Shown here piece after piece: positions 39,355 through 52,264 of a stretch of DNA of 64,000 nt. Where the stretch lies: assembly GCA_051294905.1 (NCBI GenBank), contig CM119372.1, forward strand, positions 5,582,001-5,646,000, given 5' to 3'. The position numbers were made by a program, and so were the translations under genes. Numbering within the stretch: position 1 is the first letter of the stretch; each line of letters begins with the position of its first letter. Under the pieces are notes generated by a model. That model was given only the letters and a program-made list of their open reading frames with translations, was not told where the DNA came from and ran no database searches. This DNA is from Botryllus schlosseri. Taxonomy: Eukaryota.

Positions 39355-39865
39355 CAACAACATATATTGCTTATTATGATTCCTGATATGCCAACTTGTA
39401 GCATGACCCAACTTCGTCCTAGGCTCATATTGCTAATTTCAACCCTGCATTTGGGTGAGGTGACATACAAGATACCCAGCGACGACTCAGGCCACATTAT
39501 GTCACAATGCTGAGGCACATGCTGACTTTTTAAACATCATCAAATGTATCAACTGTAGCAATCAGATGCTACATTAATCCCATAAAATCGATATCTTCCG
39601 TCGCTTTGTCAACAATTTCGACGAGGACTTGCAAGAGGAAATATAAGCTCGCGCTTTGACGGTCAAGGCCAGAAAGGACAATGTATTCGTAATCTGACTA
39701 TTGCTACCTTGAGATTGAGCAGAGTGTGAACTGGTTTGTATACGTGCTACCGATATAACCCTATAAACAAGTTATACAGTAGACAGCACCCAGACCGCAC
39801 GGATTTGATACAATAAACATATAAAATCAAGATGGATCCCGCCTGCTATATCGTTTACATTAGAC

Positions 39866-40164
39866 CAGTGGTTCTCAACCTTTATTTAGACACGCCCCCC
39901 TTTATGATAGTGAAAAATTTCGCGCCCCCCTTATAGTCATATCACAAAATCCAACCGGGATGCTAGCAACCCAACAGATTGTTTGATGGCATGGAAGGTT
40001 ATAACTATTGATGAGATAATTTAAAATATGAAATTCGGTTTATATATGTATAAAAACGCATGAATTAGTGGTAAATCGCGCCGAGCGCGAAAAATTTTTC
40101 CAGTTGATCGCTTCTTCGCGCCCCCCTTAAGATGCTTTCACACCCCCCAAGTTGAGAACCACTG
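39866..40164. mobile_element. hAT (Charlie-type) MITE
   Basis: TIR CAGTGGTTCTCAAC...GTTGAGAACCACTG, TSD CATTAGAC. Confidence 0.9.
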
Positions 40165-40311
40165 CATTAGACAACGATGCATTGTTTATATAAATTGAAT
40201 TGACTGGTTGCAAGTAAATTGTAATATATGAAAAAGGTTCACACTGCAGAACCTACCAAGGCCCGTTTGTGAATGTGAACCTTTAAATTTTCGAGGTTAA
40301 CACACAGAGCG

Positions 40312-42136
40312 CGGGGTAATCGTGATTAGTAATCGCAATCGATTACGACGATTATAGCATCATAATCGCAATAGATTGCATCTGAAAAAATCCAAAGTAA
40401 TCGTAATCATAATCGACTATTTCACATATCTAATTGATTTCTGTGTGAAAGAACGATTGCTTTTTATTCGTTCAAGGACTATGACATGAACTGAACAGTG
40501 AACATTCTTGAACTATAAAGAGTCCGACATTATAATCAGGTTATTGATGGCAAAATCGTCGGATTTTCAGATGCTGCTGCCCATTGTAATGCACAACTAT
40601 TGGATTTGCTCGTCATTCAAACGAATTATCCACACGCAGTAAATAGATATTCGATGTACATGAAGTTTTGTGTGAATGTAAGAACACCCGCCATGTCGTA
40701 TATCAGGTTATCAATGCTCTGAGAAGCCACTATACGTCGCAGCAGGATAATAATCACAACTTTGCCTTGTTCCAAATAGTAACGCATAGATAGTATTGAT
40801 GTTTGGTTACGCTTAGTTAAATGTGGTTTGACTGTTGCTGCTCGACGAGAAGTAGGCATATTTACGTACACCGAACAAATATTTGAAATTTTATGCTCGG
40901 AAATTGAACAGGACGATTTCCCCACCTAATAATTAAATATCAATGGCTGGTGATATACATCATAACCGATTCGTTATTTGCCGTTACTTGCAATGGCAAT
41001 TCACAATATCTGTATTACAGGCCGAATTTTATGTTCACTTTATCTTATTATCATATGCCCCTACTTGAAACTGGCACGAATTCTTTCCTAAACTTTTGGA
41101 TCTGTCACCATAACCATCCATTTATACACCAGGCTAGCGTGGGTTGCAGCTAGAATCACAGGACCGAAACAACACTTCATACCCGAAACGTTGGTCTAGG
41201 GCCCTCACAAGATGACCAATCAAACTTCTGACGGGCGAAGTCCACCTGCCCCTCCTTTTACGACCAGGCTTTTAGCCACAACTGGACGACACTTTTTGAT
41301 GCGATGTGGATTCGCTGTGTATTTTGGACATTGAAGTCACTCGAACGTGGCAGACTGAAAAAAACTAAAGAAAATCTTTCGTGAGACCCACACACAAATT
41401 GCGATTTTTCACGGGCCATTTAACTCTATAGGTGCCCCGTGGGCATTTGTACTGTAGGACTCAGATTGGGAGGACAGGTTATTCGTCGGGCCCATCCGAC
41501 GTGGTTGTAGACGATGAATATATACACAATGTTTCGGCCAAAGTCTTTCTTTGCTAGCGCGAAGTCGCATGTTGACCGAAACTGCATATGTCTTGGTGTA
41601 TCGAGGTGCGGTAATGGCCGTCACTGAAATGCCTACTTCTATAAACTATGCATATTTTTTCTTGAGGAGGAGAGGTATGCATTTCAAAATAAAGATATTT
41701 AGCGGCATTAAATCGCGAAGCGCGAAGAAAATTTTCAAGTTAATTAAATCTCTCGAAAATACTCTATAATTTATTTTGATTTACGAAATAATTTTGTGTC
41801 CAATTCGAGCTCGCTCCCCACCCTCTTGGTAAGTTTGGTTACGGCCCTGGCTGGAATGCAAATCGTTTGGTGCAAGAAATCGTCAACTATAAAGTGGAGC
41901 AATGAACATATTATGACGTAAACAGAAAATGACGTCGTTTGATTAAAAAAGAAAGTTGTTCTCTCACGATGCCTTTTCATCGTGAACGCTATTGCCTTCC
42001 AATTTGTGTGCAAAGAAAATTTCAAGAAGCAAACTAAATGTAATCGTGATTACTTTTCCAATGTAATCGACTACTTCCCGATTTTGCTGTAATCGTAATC
42101 GCGAGATTCAGAAGTAATCGAAATCGCAATTGAATA
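40312..42136. mobile_element. Degenerate element with GTAATC/GATTAC subterminal repeats
   Basis: Clusters of GTAATCG/CGATTAC at 40315-40420 and 42040-42130. Termini are degraded and no TSD was identified. Confidence 0.45.
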
Positions 42137-43973
42137 CATCCATGAAGGAACAATCCCATGTCTGGTTCACACCAAACCTAGTATCTTGCTCTTCTGCGTT
42201 AGTGACTACATTGCTGAAAATTAAATAGACTGCATGGCTTTGTATTAGATGTTCTTCGTGCAGGAATTTAATTCCAAGAAAAACATTCCCATAGTGTGAC
42301 AGGCCACAATTGAGCAACACTAGTTAGCCTTCTCATACGACCATAATCAAGCATTGCTATTGTTCTTATTCAATTCAAAAGTCAAGCCGTTTCTACAAAA
42401 TGAATTTTAATCATCAATTGATCGAAGGACTGCAAGTCGATATGACTACTTTCTATCTTTAAATTGCATTCTTGTTGTTTTGAGATTATGAAAATTATTA
42501 TAATATAATATAATATAATACTATAAACTGTATGAAAATGTTTATTGTTTTGCAAATACAGAGGTAATAACAATTCCCATAACGAATCACATGCAAACAT
42601 AGATAACCCTTCAAAATGAAAGTAAATATACATTAACCATGTGGCGGAAATAATAATCGCGTTTGTTTTAAGATAAACGGTGATTTGGGTAATCCCGCAA
42701 TTGGCGAAACAGGTAGGATATTACCTATTGTTTTCGTATGAGATGAGGCATTAGAAATTCCTCGGTAAGCAATTGTCAAGAATCGCAGTAGCATGCTATA
42801 AATCGCTCAAATGACCGTTGTAGGTTACATATTTCTTGTTGTATTCGTATTGCGCATTAAAGGGATATCTAATATTCTGGAAGATAAAGTTTAAATAACG
42901 ATATCATGGATAGTAATGAGATATTTTTGGTGTATGATTGCAGAGTCAGTCGTTTTAATCCCCATGATACCGCGCACAGAAAGAAACTTTCATGATTTTC
43001 ATTCTGCATCTAATATTTGATAAGTTCCCAAAACTTATTAACATATACCCATGTCAGAAATTTAACATCATCATTCCACGATTAAGACACCAGTGACGAA
43101 TTTTACAAATAGGCCAATGCTGCTCCGCAAACCTTATCGGAACCCCAAGTTATTCTTATGAGTCATAAAAACAAAAATCAACCACGATACATAACTAATA
43201 CATTACTAGATTACTGGTGCACGAAATGAACTGTGTAATTTTTCATCAACGGAGTTAAGAGAACAACACCATCAAAATATAATTTCCATACAAAACTAAA
43301 ACTTTATCCGCGTAAGAGGTGTCTTACCAAATGCCTAGAGGTGGGCCGTGCTATAAGTCGGCAGTTACGGAAAATAATGAACAATATCGGCCTGGTGTAA
43401 ATGACCATAGTAGTCGACAAACACCATGAATACCACAAACAAAAACTTTACAATGAATATCTATTACTTCGAGTGTTCCCTTTCAGATACCAGTTCAGAA
43501 ATGCGAGGACTCACCTTGGAAAGTGTCGTCGTATTGTTCCGTCGAAAACGCAACAGCGTGATACGAATTGCTTAATTAAAAACGAGCTTGTAAATATTGG
43601 AGATACAATTGACATTTCCGGAGGACTGAATTTTGATTTTGAACCCCAAAATCCCCTGCGCACGCCACTGTAGACAGCGTACCGCCACAACAGTCCCAAT
43701 GCGATTACTGATCGGGCCTAATCACCTGCAACCAATGATGGTCAATACGGGCGTGTCATCACAAATCATCAGTATTGACCTAGTGATCGTCTTGACCTCA
43801 AGGGAACCCCGAAGACTAGCTCAGGGAGGCCATGGTGTTTCATGGAACACCGTTGAACAACCACTGTCCTGCATACTACCGATTATTCAATTTACTTTTT
43901 GTTATATAGCCTGACAAATACAGCAGTCTGTGCGATAATAGAAGACCGGCACGTATACTTTGAATTGCAACTA

Positions 43974-45379
43974 TAGGGATGGTGTGAACCTCTAAAAGGT
44001 TCAGGTTCGTGTGAACGTAAACCTTTTTAAAAGGTTCTGTGTGAACGCGAACGTGAACCTCATGAGGTCACGTGACGTCATATTGCTAATTCCAACACCT
44101 CAGTGAAGTGATAGCCTATATTAATGTACTGTACTGTTGTACACGATACCTAGCGACGACAACACACGCACGCCCACGTCGTCCAAATATCATATGACCG
44201 ACCGAAAAGATCATCGCTCTATCAAATATGCCGGACCTGATGTGTGGAACAGTATCCCGCCCGCCATCCGACAGTCGACGAGCATGTCCTGTCCACATTC
44301 AAGTCGAAATACAAGCAATTATTACTAGATAAATACAGTCCATCCTCAAGATTACCGGACCACGACTGACCTATCGATCTCGCTTCCCATGACCTGCCGC
44401 CCAATTTGTTGTCTCTTTTTCTATACTATCGCCTCTACTTTTATTCAGTGTGCATGACTCCTCTTTACATCGCCTAGGCCAAGGTGGGTGTCTGATTCCA
44501 TAGACTACTCCATGTCGTTTCGACATTTTCCTGTCTTTTCATTGTATCGCATTTTTGTGGTGTATTGAACTGATAAATTGCTAATAAACCAATGATGATG
44601 ACTCGGGCCACATATAGTTCCGCAATGCTGAAGTACATATTGGCGTTTTAAACGTCACCAATGTATCAACTGGGACAACCCCATAAAATCAATATCGTAC
44701 GTCGCCTTGCCAACCAAATCGACGAGGACTTGCAAGGGAATATAAGCTTACGCCTTAATAGTCTAGGCCAGACCAGAATATGCATTTGGCGTCTGAGTAT
44801 TGCTACGTTGATTTTGAGCAGAGTGTAAATCGGGTTTCTGTATTCGTATAATCACATGGATTTGGGTTTTATGATACAATAAACATATGAAATCAAGATT
44901 GACCCCGTATGCCTGCCAGATTTGTTACATCAGACAACGACATCAATTTCATTGATTGGTTGAATAAGCATCATTCGCTGACTAGCTAACCGACAGGTAT
45001 GTCACTCTTGATGTTGTGTGATTGTGGTTCAAGCTCAGAGCAGAGCGTCACTAAATAGGTCTATTCACAAACGGAAAGCTTGATATTTCGGGAAAACTTT
45101 GGTAACAAAGCAAGTAAAATTTTTGCGATTGCCAAGGTGCATGTTTGTTTAGTGTTGATTTTGTTAGGCTGCCAGCGCCATGCATATATAGAGTGGTCCG
45201 CAGTTGAAATACAATAAATTTTAAATAAAGATGTTATAATGAAGCAAAATTGTAATATATGAAAAAGGTTCACAGTGCAGAACCTACCAAGGTTCGTTTG
45301 TGAACGTGAACCTCTAAATTTCCTAGGTTCACAGCACACGCAGAACGCGAACGTGAACCTCACGTTCACACCATCCGTA
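43974..45379 (+). mobile_element. hAT-like element with GTGAAC repeats
   Basis: TIR TAGGGATGGTGTGAAC...GTTCACACCATCCGTA. ATTGCAAC occurs on both flanks (2-nt offset on the left). A partial second copy lies at about 39440-40310. Confidence 0.8.
44161..44600 (+). mobile_element. 5'-truncated LINE (CR1/L2-like) 3' end
   Basis: Encodes SIKYAGPDVWNSIPPAIRQS then, after a frameshift, FKSKYKQLLLDKY, resembling a CR1/L2 ORF2 C-terminus. Ends AATAAA...(ATG)n. Absent from the sister copy at about 39485 (gcgacgac|tcaggcc). Confidence 0.75.
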
Positions 45380-46117
45380 ATTGCAACTGACCTTATTTAC
45401 TAAATAATCTGACACAGTAAATTTGACTGTGCAGCCGGATATCAGTATCATCAGCATATCACTCGTGATATCATCTTGTTATAGTTACTATCAAGAGAGG
45501 TCACTAGTTCTGTATTTATTGGAGGTGATTGGGGTTGCACTAAAACAATAGGTTTGAATAAAACATTTGTTAAACATCCGATCTCAAAATTTTGTTTTCA
45601 AAAATTTTATAATTATGGCCCAATTGTCTGAATATACTTTCAGTTAGCACATGTAGGGTGAGCAACCTGAGGCCATAGAAGGAAACTTTTGCGGCCGTGA
45701 CGCGTAATTTAATTAGGATGTGTTGGCGGCCGTCGACAGGCAAATTAAATTATTGATTAATTGAATTCTAATTCATCTTCTAATTTTCTTCGCGTTACGC
45801 GCGATTCAATGCTATATACTTTATTTTAGCGCCCTTTGCAATCGGAGCCCCACAGTACAGACACGACCGTCAGAGAAAAATGATGCGCCTCATATAGGAA
45901 TACAAACTTGAAATCGTGTGGTTCTCACGAAAGAAATTTCTTTCTGGTACAGTTAAGCGATTCCAATATACTTCCATTGTAGCCTACCGAAAATCCTCAT
46001 GGGAGGTCAAGAAATAACGGCATGCAACAAAATGACTAATACCAGTGGGTCCAGCCGAAGATGCATCATCATGTGTAACTTTCCCTAAATTTAAGAAGAC
46101 ACCACCTCCATGGGAAG

Positions 46118-46467
46118 CGAATGTCGCAGTTGGTTAAGCGTCAACGTCACGCCAACAACAGAAGTGGTTCGAGTCCCGATCCTATGTGTCGGAGATTCAT
46201 CTGGGCTCATCATCGCTAACCTAGCTGCGATTGCAGTGTATGAGAAAAGCCCAGAGTTAAAAAGTTGACAGCAAAGTCTGAAGATTACTGACCTGCAAAA
46301 AACTAGAGTGACCGATGGTGGGAGAGCGCGATAAGTGACGCCGTACGTAATATGTCAAAAAAGGCCGCTAAGACATTAATCTTATTGATATTACCGTGGT
46401 GGGTGTAAATGACGCTATAGGCGATAAGCGCCAATGGTGTAAATAAAGCAAGCAAAACAAAACAAAC
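46118..46467 (+). mobile_element. tRNA-derived SINE-like repeat (family 1)
   Basis: A-box-like GTCGCAGTTGGT, B-box GGTTCGAGTCCC and an (AAAAC)n tail. A related minus-strand copy lies at about 26085-26300. Confidence 0.6.
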
Positions 46468-46834
46468 ACCTCATCCATCATCTCCATCAGTGCATCTGAT
46501 CATTTGGGCTGATATTAAAGGACAAATATTTGATTTTAATATGTGAATGTCCTAATAAGAATGACGGAAATCATTTGTGAACCTGAAAAAATCCTCGCGC
46601 TTCTTGCGACCATAATGTAGGTGTAGGCCTATCCCTTTAAATAAAACATGGCTACTCGCGATCTCGATGCCTGTAGTAAGCGGATCAGCGAAAGTAGATT
46701 AGCCTGGAGTTCACAGTAGATGGATGAGCAGGAATGGTTTAACATGGGTGTTGGCGCCCGGTTCGTTCATTACGGCTTATGCACTGGAATGCGGCGCTAG
46801 GCTACATAAGTGATCGAAATGAAAGTCTGGCGAG

Positions 46835-47103
46835 ATAGCGTACTGGTGTAATCCACAGCCACAACACCAATAGGTTGTGGGCTCGTGTCCGACCAAGGTC
46901 GACTCCAGAATTCCTGCGGACATGTTGGAGGTTTAACTAGGCTCCTCCTCGTCATATCATCCGCGTAAGCGGTGTCTTACAAAAAGCCTAGGAGTGGGCC
47001 GTGCTGCAAGTCGGCAGTTATACGGAATCAAAAACTAACGAATATCGGCCTGGTGTAAATTACCATTGTAGTCAACAAACACCATGAAAACCACAAACAA
47101 CAA
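46835..47103 (+). mobile_element. tRNA-derived SINE-like repeat (family 2)
   Basis: TAGCGTACTGG head and CAAACAACAA tail. Partial copies at about 28560-28782, 43310-43445 and 47694-47820. Confidence 0.6.
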
Positions 47104-47959
47104 TGACCGAAATGAGCCGGCGGGAGCAAAATGGTTCCCTTCCCCTGATTGCAGTATATGAGCCGCCCGACACCGTATGGGATAATTGTATCCCATGACC
47201 CCGTCGTCCGTGTATCAGTTATTCAACCTGCTGGTGCCGACCTATTTGTTTTGCTAGCTAAACAGTAGACACACTGCGTCTCAGTCACGCAATGAATATA
47301 TGCAAATGATGAGCTGCTATAAAGTGAAAGAAGTTGAATACGGATTAGATAAAAACAGCGATGTGCAGGTACATGGCACAGTCATGTACCCGTGCAAGGG
47401 CAACGGTACAACTGTGATTAAGGGAGATTGGTGGACGTGGAATTTCTTCATAGCATATCTGTGGTAGGGAAGCTCATCGAATGTTTCAATCTGAGATTAT
47501 GGTAAAGCAGACCGGATTATAGGCTATAAATAGGGATGGTGCAAACATTGGATTCATGTTCGTGTTTGGTAAGCGAGCCTTTGACTTCTAATTAAGACAC
47601 TCACTCCTAATTTCCAACGACGACAGTGTGTATTATCCTGTCGATGCGTAGCTCAGGCGATAAAAGATCTGAACCGTACATCAACCATGTTGACATGGCG
47701 TAGTGGTATAATCCACGGCTGCAACACCAATGGGTTGCGATTTTGAGTCCGACCGAGGTCAAATCCAGAATTCCTACCTAAGTGTTAGAGGTTTATATAT
47801 AGGCTCCTCCTCGGTGTCTTACCATAGCGAAGATTTTCTTCGTCCGTAAGTAAGCATCATCTTGATACATCATCTCATAGGAGATATGGATCGGGACAGG
47901 CAAAATAAAATTGCGGCCCGCATCCGGGCCGTATGTTGCCCGTCCCTGATATAGAATGA

Positions 47960-49560
47960 TAATCAGTTTGGTATTGGTCAGTCAGATAAGCATAGGCTAC
48001 TGGCATCGATTTTATGAATTGGATTCGTGTATATAGTAGCCTGTCTTAACATGTCGGATGATGTCATAAAACGAGTCTATATCGGAAAGGCATTGGTGAT
48101 AGACATCATTTTCGCAGTACATCGAGACGATGGCAAGTGCGACCAAGATAAAATTACAACAATAACGGAACCGTTGTATTCTTTATTACTTTTGGCATTG
48201 ACTATATACACGGAAACTTGATTAGATGGGTTTGTGCCACCTATATATAAGGTTCCATTTGAAACAAATGGTTGTTTAAAACACTTTGTTTAAACATGTT
48301 GTAAAAAAGTGTTGTAAACATAGGTCGTTGAATTTTTTTTTCGAGTTGTATAATTATGCCATAAGTGTGTAAATACTTTCCAAAACATATGTTGTAAGAG
48401 TCTACGGACGATTACCATCCGATATAGCCGGATATGGGATGGTTAGAACACGCGAAATAGTCGGTTCAACATCTATAGTATGTAGATATAGATCGCAAAC
48501 TGCTGCATGACGATGTAATCCTGGACTCCTGGTTAAAGATATTTTTGATCCGTCTGTGACAGTGGTTGGAAACCTATAACGGCAAAGAGCGATATTTATC
48601 CTATATTTTAAATTGTCAATGTCAATCCACTATGACGCCACAATTGAATATTCGTGACGTCATTGCTTAAAAAAAACATGTTTTAAACAAGGGCCTTGTC
48701 CTAAACATTTTTGTTTCGAATTGATTTTTGTTTTAAACACAACCCTACCTATATATATATGTCATTTACATTAGACACGCCGACACCAGCCACGGATGAG
48801 CGTTTTGCTCTGGCATCCTTACGCGGCACTTTGATATAAATTTGTTTGTAACTATGTTTTCACAGTATATGAGTTAATGCATGCATGTACGGACAACGGT
48901 ACACCATAGCCTACATATCGATGTTAGTGAAGCGAAAGTCGTGAAGTGGTGTTTAGAACCACTGCGATAATTCGTGGTTGTATCTTACGGCCGATCTTTC
49001 GAAATATAGTTGTCATTGGAAACGTGTAATATTCAACATTTCCAATTCATTTCATGCGATGATGACGGTAAGTTTCTTTTGCTCACAATGAAACATCCCT
49101 AAATGTTTCTCCATCAGTAAATACATGTATTGTATTGTATCATAGAAGATATGAATTAGGAACTGAAGCCAAAACTGTTGACTGGACAATATCTGCATTT
49201 GATTGCCTGCGTCATGAATTCCGTCGCCAGCAAAGCCGTTATCACAGCTATCATAATATTCCTACAACGTCACGTCCTTGCTCGAGGTCAGTGAAATGAT
49301 ATACATGAAATATATGTGTGAGGGATCGACATCACCAATCCGAGATCGAAAAACCTCAATACAAATCTCAGTCTTAGACCCCAGTCTTCAAGAAATTTGC
49401 CTGGCAAGAAGAGTCAATTCAGGCTGACCGTGAATGGCAGTAAATGTCCAATGGTCGTGGATCTTAGCTGCCGAGATTCAAAATCATGAATCGAGCTTCA
49501 ATCCAATTTGATACTTGAGTTAAACTGTCAAGGCTATAGTTTGTTTCAAATTGTTAGTAA
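47960..49560 (+). repeat. Segment duplicated at about 55965-57225, upstream of each Ig exon
   Basis: Shared blocks include ggcatcgattt, tgtcggatgatgt/tatcggacgatgt, gtaagtt(t/g)ctttt...cacaatgaa and tgttgactgga(c/t)aatatct. Confidence 0.75.
48248..48747 (+). mobile_element. hAT-like MITE, TAGGGTTGCATTT family
   Basis: Degenerate TIRs, TSD CCTATATA. Confidence 0.8.
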
Positions 49561-51100
49561 TCTATTAGTGGCTCTCAAGCGTTTTGACTTCGCGGCCTGG
49601 TAAAACTTCAAAACAGATGTTGCGGCCCGGTGAATCTTCAAAAATCAAAATTAATCTAATTTTTTTTGTTATGTTCGTGCATTGTACGTTGGTATCGTTT
49701 GTTTCTTATTTGCCTCGGATTAGTAATTACCACCAATCATTATTTCCTCGTGTGTCGTGCTTCGTATTTTTACCCTGTGTTCTGTTGTCTATTTGTTTTT
49801 CGTTGACCTGCACTCAGGATCGTGTTGTCTGTCTTGAAGTTATTCTGCTGATAATATACTGATTTCATATTGCAACCTCGTCGCATGAGTTATTGTTCAA
49901 ACACGATTAAGAGCATAACATTAATTATGACGAAGGTATTGGAAACTTCATATAATATTGCCTTTTCGATATTCGATATTTATACGCTGTTCCTGCAAGG
50001 CGAAGTTTTAGCGACTGTCATTGTGAATGTTCTGTTTCCTTTGGAAGAGATGCGACTTAGCTGTTTCTATAGCCTCTAATATACTGCTGCGTGTCCCATA
50101 ATTGTACTGTCGAAATTTATCGAAGTTTGTTTGAAAGTCTCCGCAGCTCTCACATTTGAATGGTCCGAAACGAGTTGTAAAAAGTTTCATACAACACTTG
50201 TACGATTGTGACGTTCGGCCAAATTAGCCAGTGAACTCTCTCTTACCACATTATGCAGAAATATGCGTTCTAAATTTCTAAATCTATTTAAAAGTTAATG
50301 TCTCATCTTTTAAAATTAGTGGACAAGTGTCCAATTCGTCCATTTTGGTGTTTCGATATGAGATTATAATAACATTGACAGTATATAACTCGCCACGGCC
50401 CATCGGTTGAGAACCACTGATCCATATGTCAGACACACATGTCACGGAAATGCTCAATCTCACATCCTAGCAGATGATATACTGCTCATTGAATCGTATA
50501 TATACGCAATGGGTTACTCCAGGGGTTATGTATTTTGACAGTTTACACCTCTACTTAACAGTTCTGAGGTAAACATGCTTCATTTTTATATTGATGACTT
50601 TGTGAGGTATAGGAAGTAGGTTTGGAATATATGTTCCCATCATGGTTTCGAGAACCACCCAGCACGACCTCCTCAGTTAAGAGCTAAGTACGCGACCTCG
50701 CGAACCAGGCTACGTTTGAAAACTACTTACTGAATACTTTTCAAATGTTTTTTGTCGACTTCAACTTGAAGTATATAGGACATCTCTTGGAGATTGCTAT
50801 CCTTATTCTTGAAATGGAGTAGACATTTGCAGCGTTATTAATAATTCTCTTTGCGTACCAGCGACGACTATAGTTTGACAATTTTAGGATACATGTTCAA
50901 TGGTGACATCGGCAGTATAGACTTTTCGTTTATCGATCAAGTTCTCTGTTATCAACGTAACATATTTTCGCGGACTTCTCGTATGATATAAACAGGGCCC
51001 TATGGCTGCATTGATCGCATTGGTGTATCTGATCTCAGTTTGGGAGACAACTGAATATATTCGAATTCGCTTGATATCATTACGCAATTAGAACTGCAAC

Positions 51101-51950
51101 TAGGGTTGCATTTACAACATATATTGTTCAAAAAACTTAAAACATGTTTTAAATGCCTTTAAAAAAGAAAAATCGTATTTTTCTTGCAAACGTTGTAGAA
51201 GTATGCCATAATTGTGCAAATACTTTCGAAAAAACATGTAGCGAAATTAGTGTGTGTTCACACCCAAGGGGCCGAAAAGGGTGGTACACGAAAACACAAC
51301 CTAATTCAGAATTTTATCTCGGTTATAAAGCGGTCTTATGCCCACGTGAATACCTTCCTCCTACGTCTTCAAGTGCATGCATAATTTGAATTAAAACGTT
51401 GCACTCGAATTGTACCGCGGTATAATTCAGAGGTAGGTTCTGATTTCGTGTTCCATATACATGTATATTCACAGCCGTATAATAGGGGTGGTACACGGGT
51501 GGAGCTGGAAATACACATATTTTTCGCTAATAGCGATAGGATCCTACGGACGAATTGCACGCAATATAGTCGACGTTTGCGATTAGGTGTGGCTGGAACC
51601 CTCGAACTTCTATGGTCGGTTCCACAGTTATAGCACGTATAAATAGATCATTGACACGGAATGGGTGTTCTGTTCATGACGACCGCCGACCGTAAAAATG
51701 CTGCATAACGATGTAGTCCCGGTTAATTATGTTTTCGGTCTGTTTATGACAGTGGTTGGAAGCTTTTTTCGTGGAAGGTGTCATATTTTCCCTACAATTT
51801 CAATTGCCAATGTCAATGCACTGTGGCGTCACAATTAAAGATTCGTGACGTCATGCCAAAAAAACAACAACAATAAAAACGTGTTTTAAACAATGGCGAT
51901 GCTTTGATCATGTTTGTCTTAAATTGATTTTCGTTTTGAATGCAATCCTA
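51101..51950 (+). mobile_element. hAT-like MITE, TAGGGTTGCATTT family
   Basis: TAGGGTTGCATT...AATGCAATCCTA, TSD ACTGCAAC. Ends 35 nt upstream of the Ig1 exon. Confidence 0.9.
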
Positions 51951-51985
51951 ACTGCAACTAACAATTGGCAATGTGTACTCAACAG

Positions 51986-52264
51986 ATGATCTTTCGTTTT
52001 CCGGTAACGATGACGATGGATGTAAAATTATCCCGCTGGGCACTAGAAGCGATGCTGAATGTGTATCACTATCAGCATATGATAAGGATTTAACGTGGTT
52101 GCACGACGGAAGGCCGGTGCCTAATCTTCCGTCAGTAGGCAAGCAACCTGTTCAACAAATGGGTGGTCGATTGCACTTTTTCACCTCCGCGACTGTTCAC
52201 GATTCTGGTGATTACTACTGCAGTTCTGGTCGAGACGAAAAACTGTTGCAAGTCTACATTGTAA
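51986..52264 (+). CDS. Immunoglobulin-domain exon Ig1
   Basis: cag|...|gtaagt, 279 nt, phase 1/1. The translation has the canonical Ig Cys (AECVS), Trp (LTWLHDG) and DSGDYYC (DxGxYxC) motif. Confidence 0.9.

Noticed and set aside
46118..46180. tRNA gene
   Set aside because: A/B boxes are present but I could not fold a cloverleaf, and it continues into a repeated body with a simple-repeat tail, as in a SINE.
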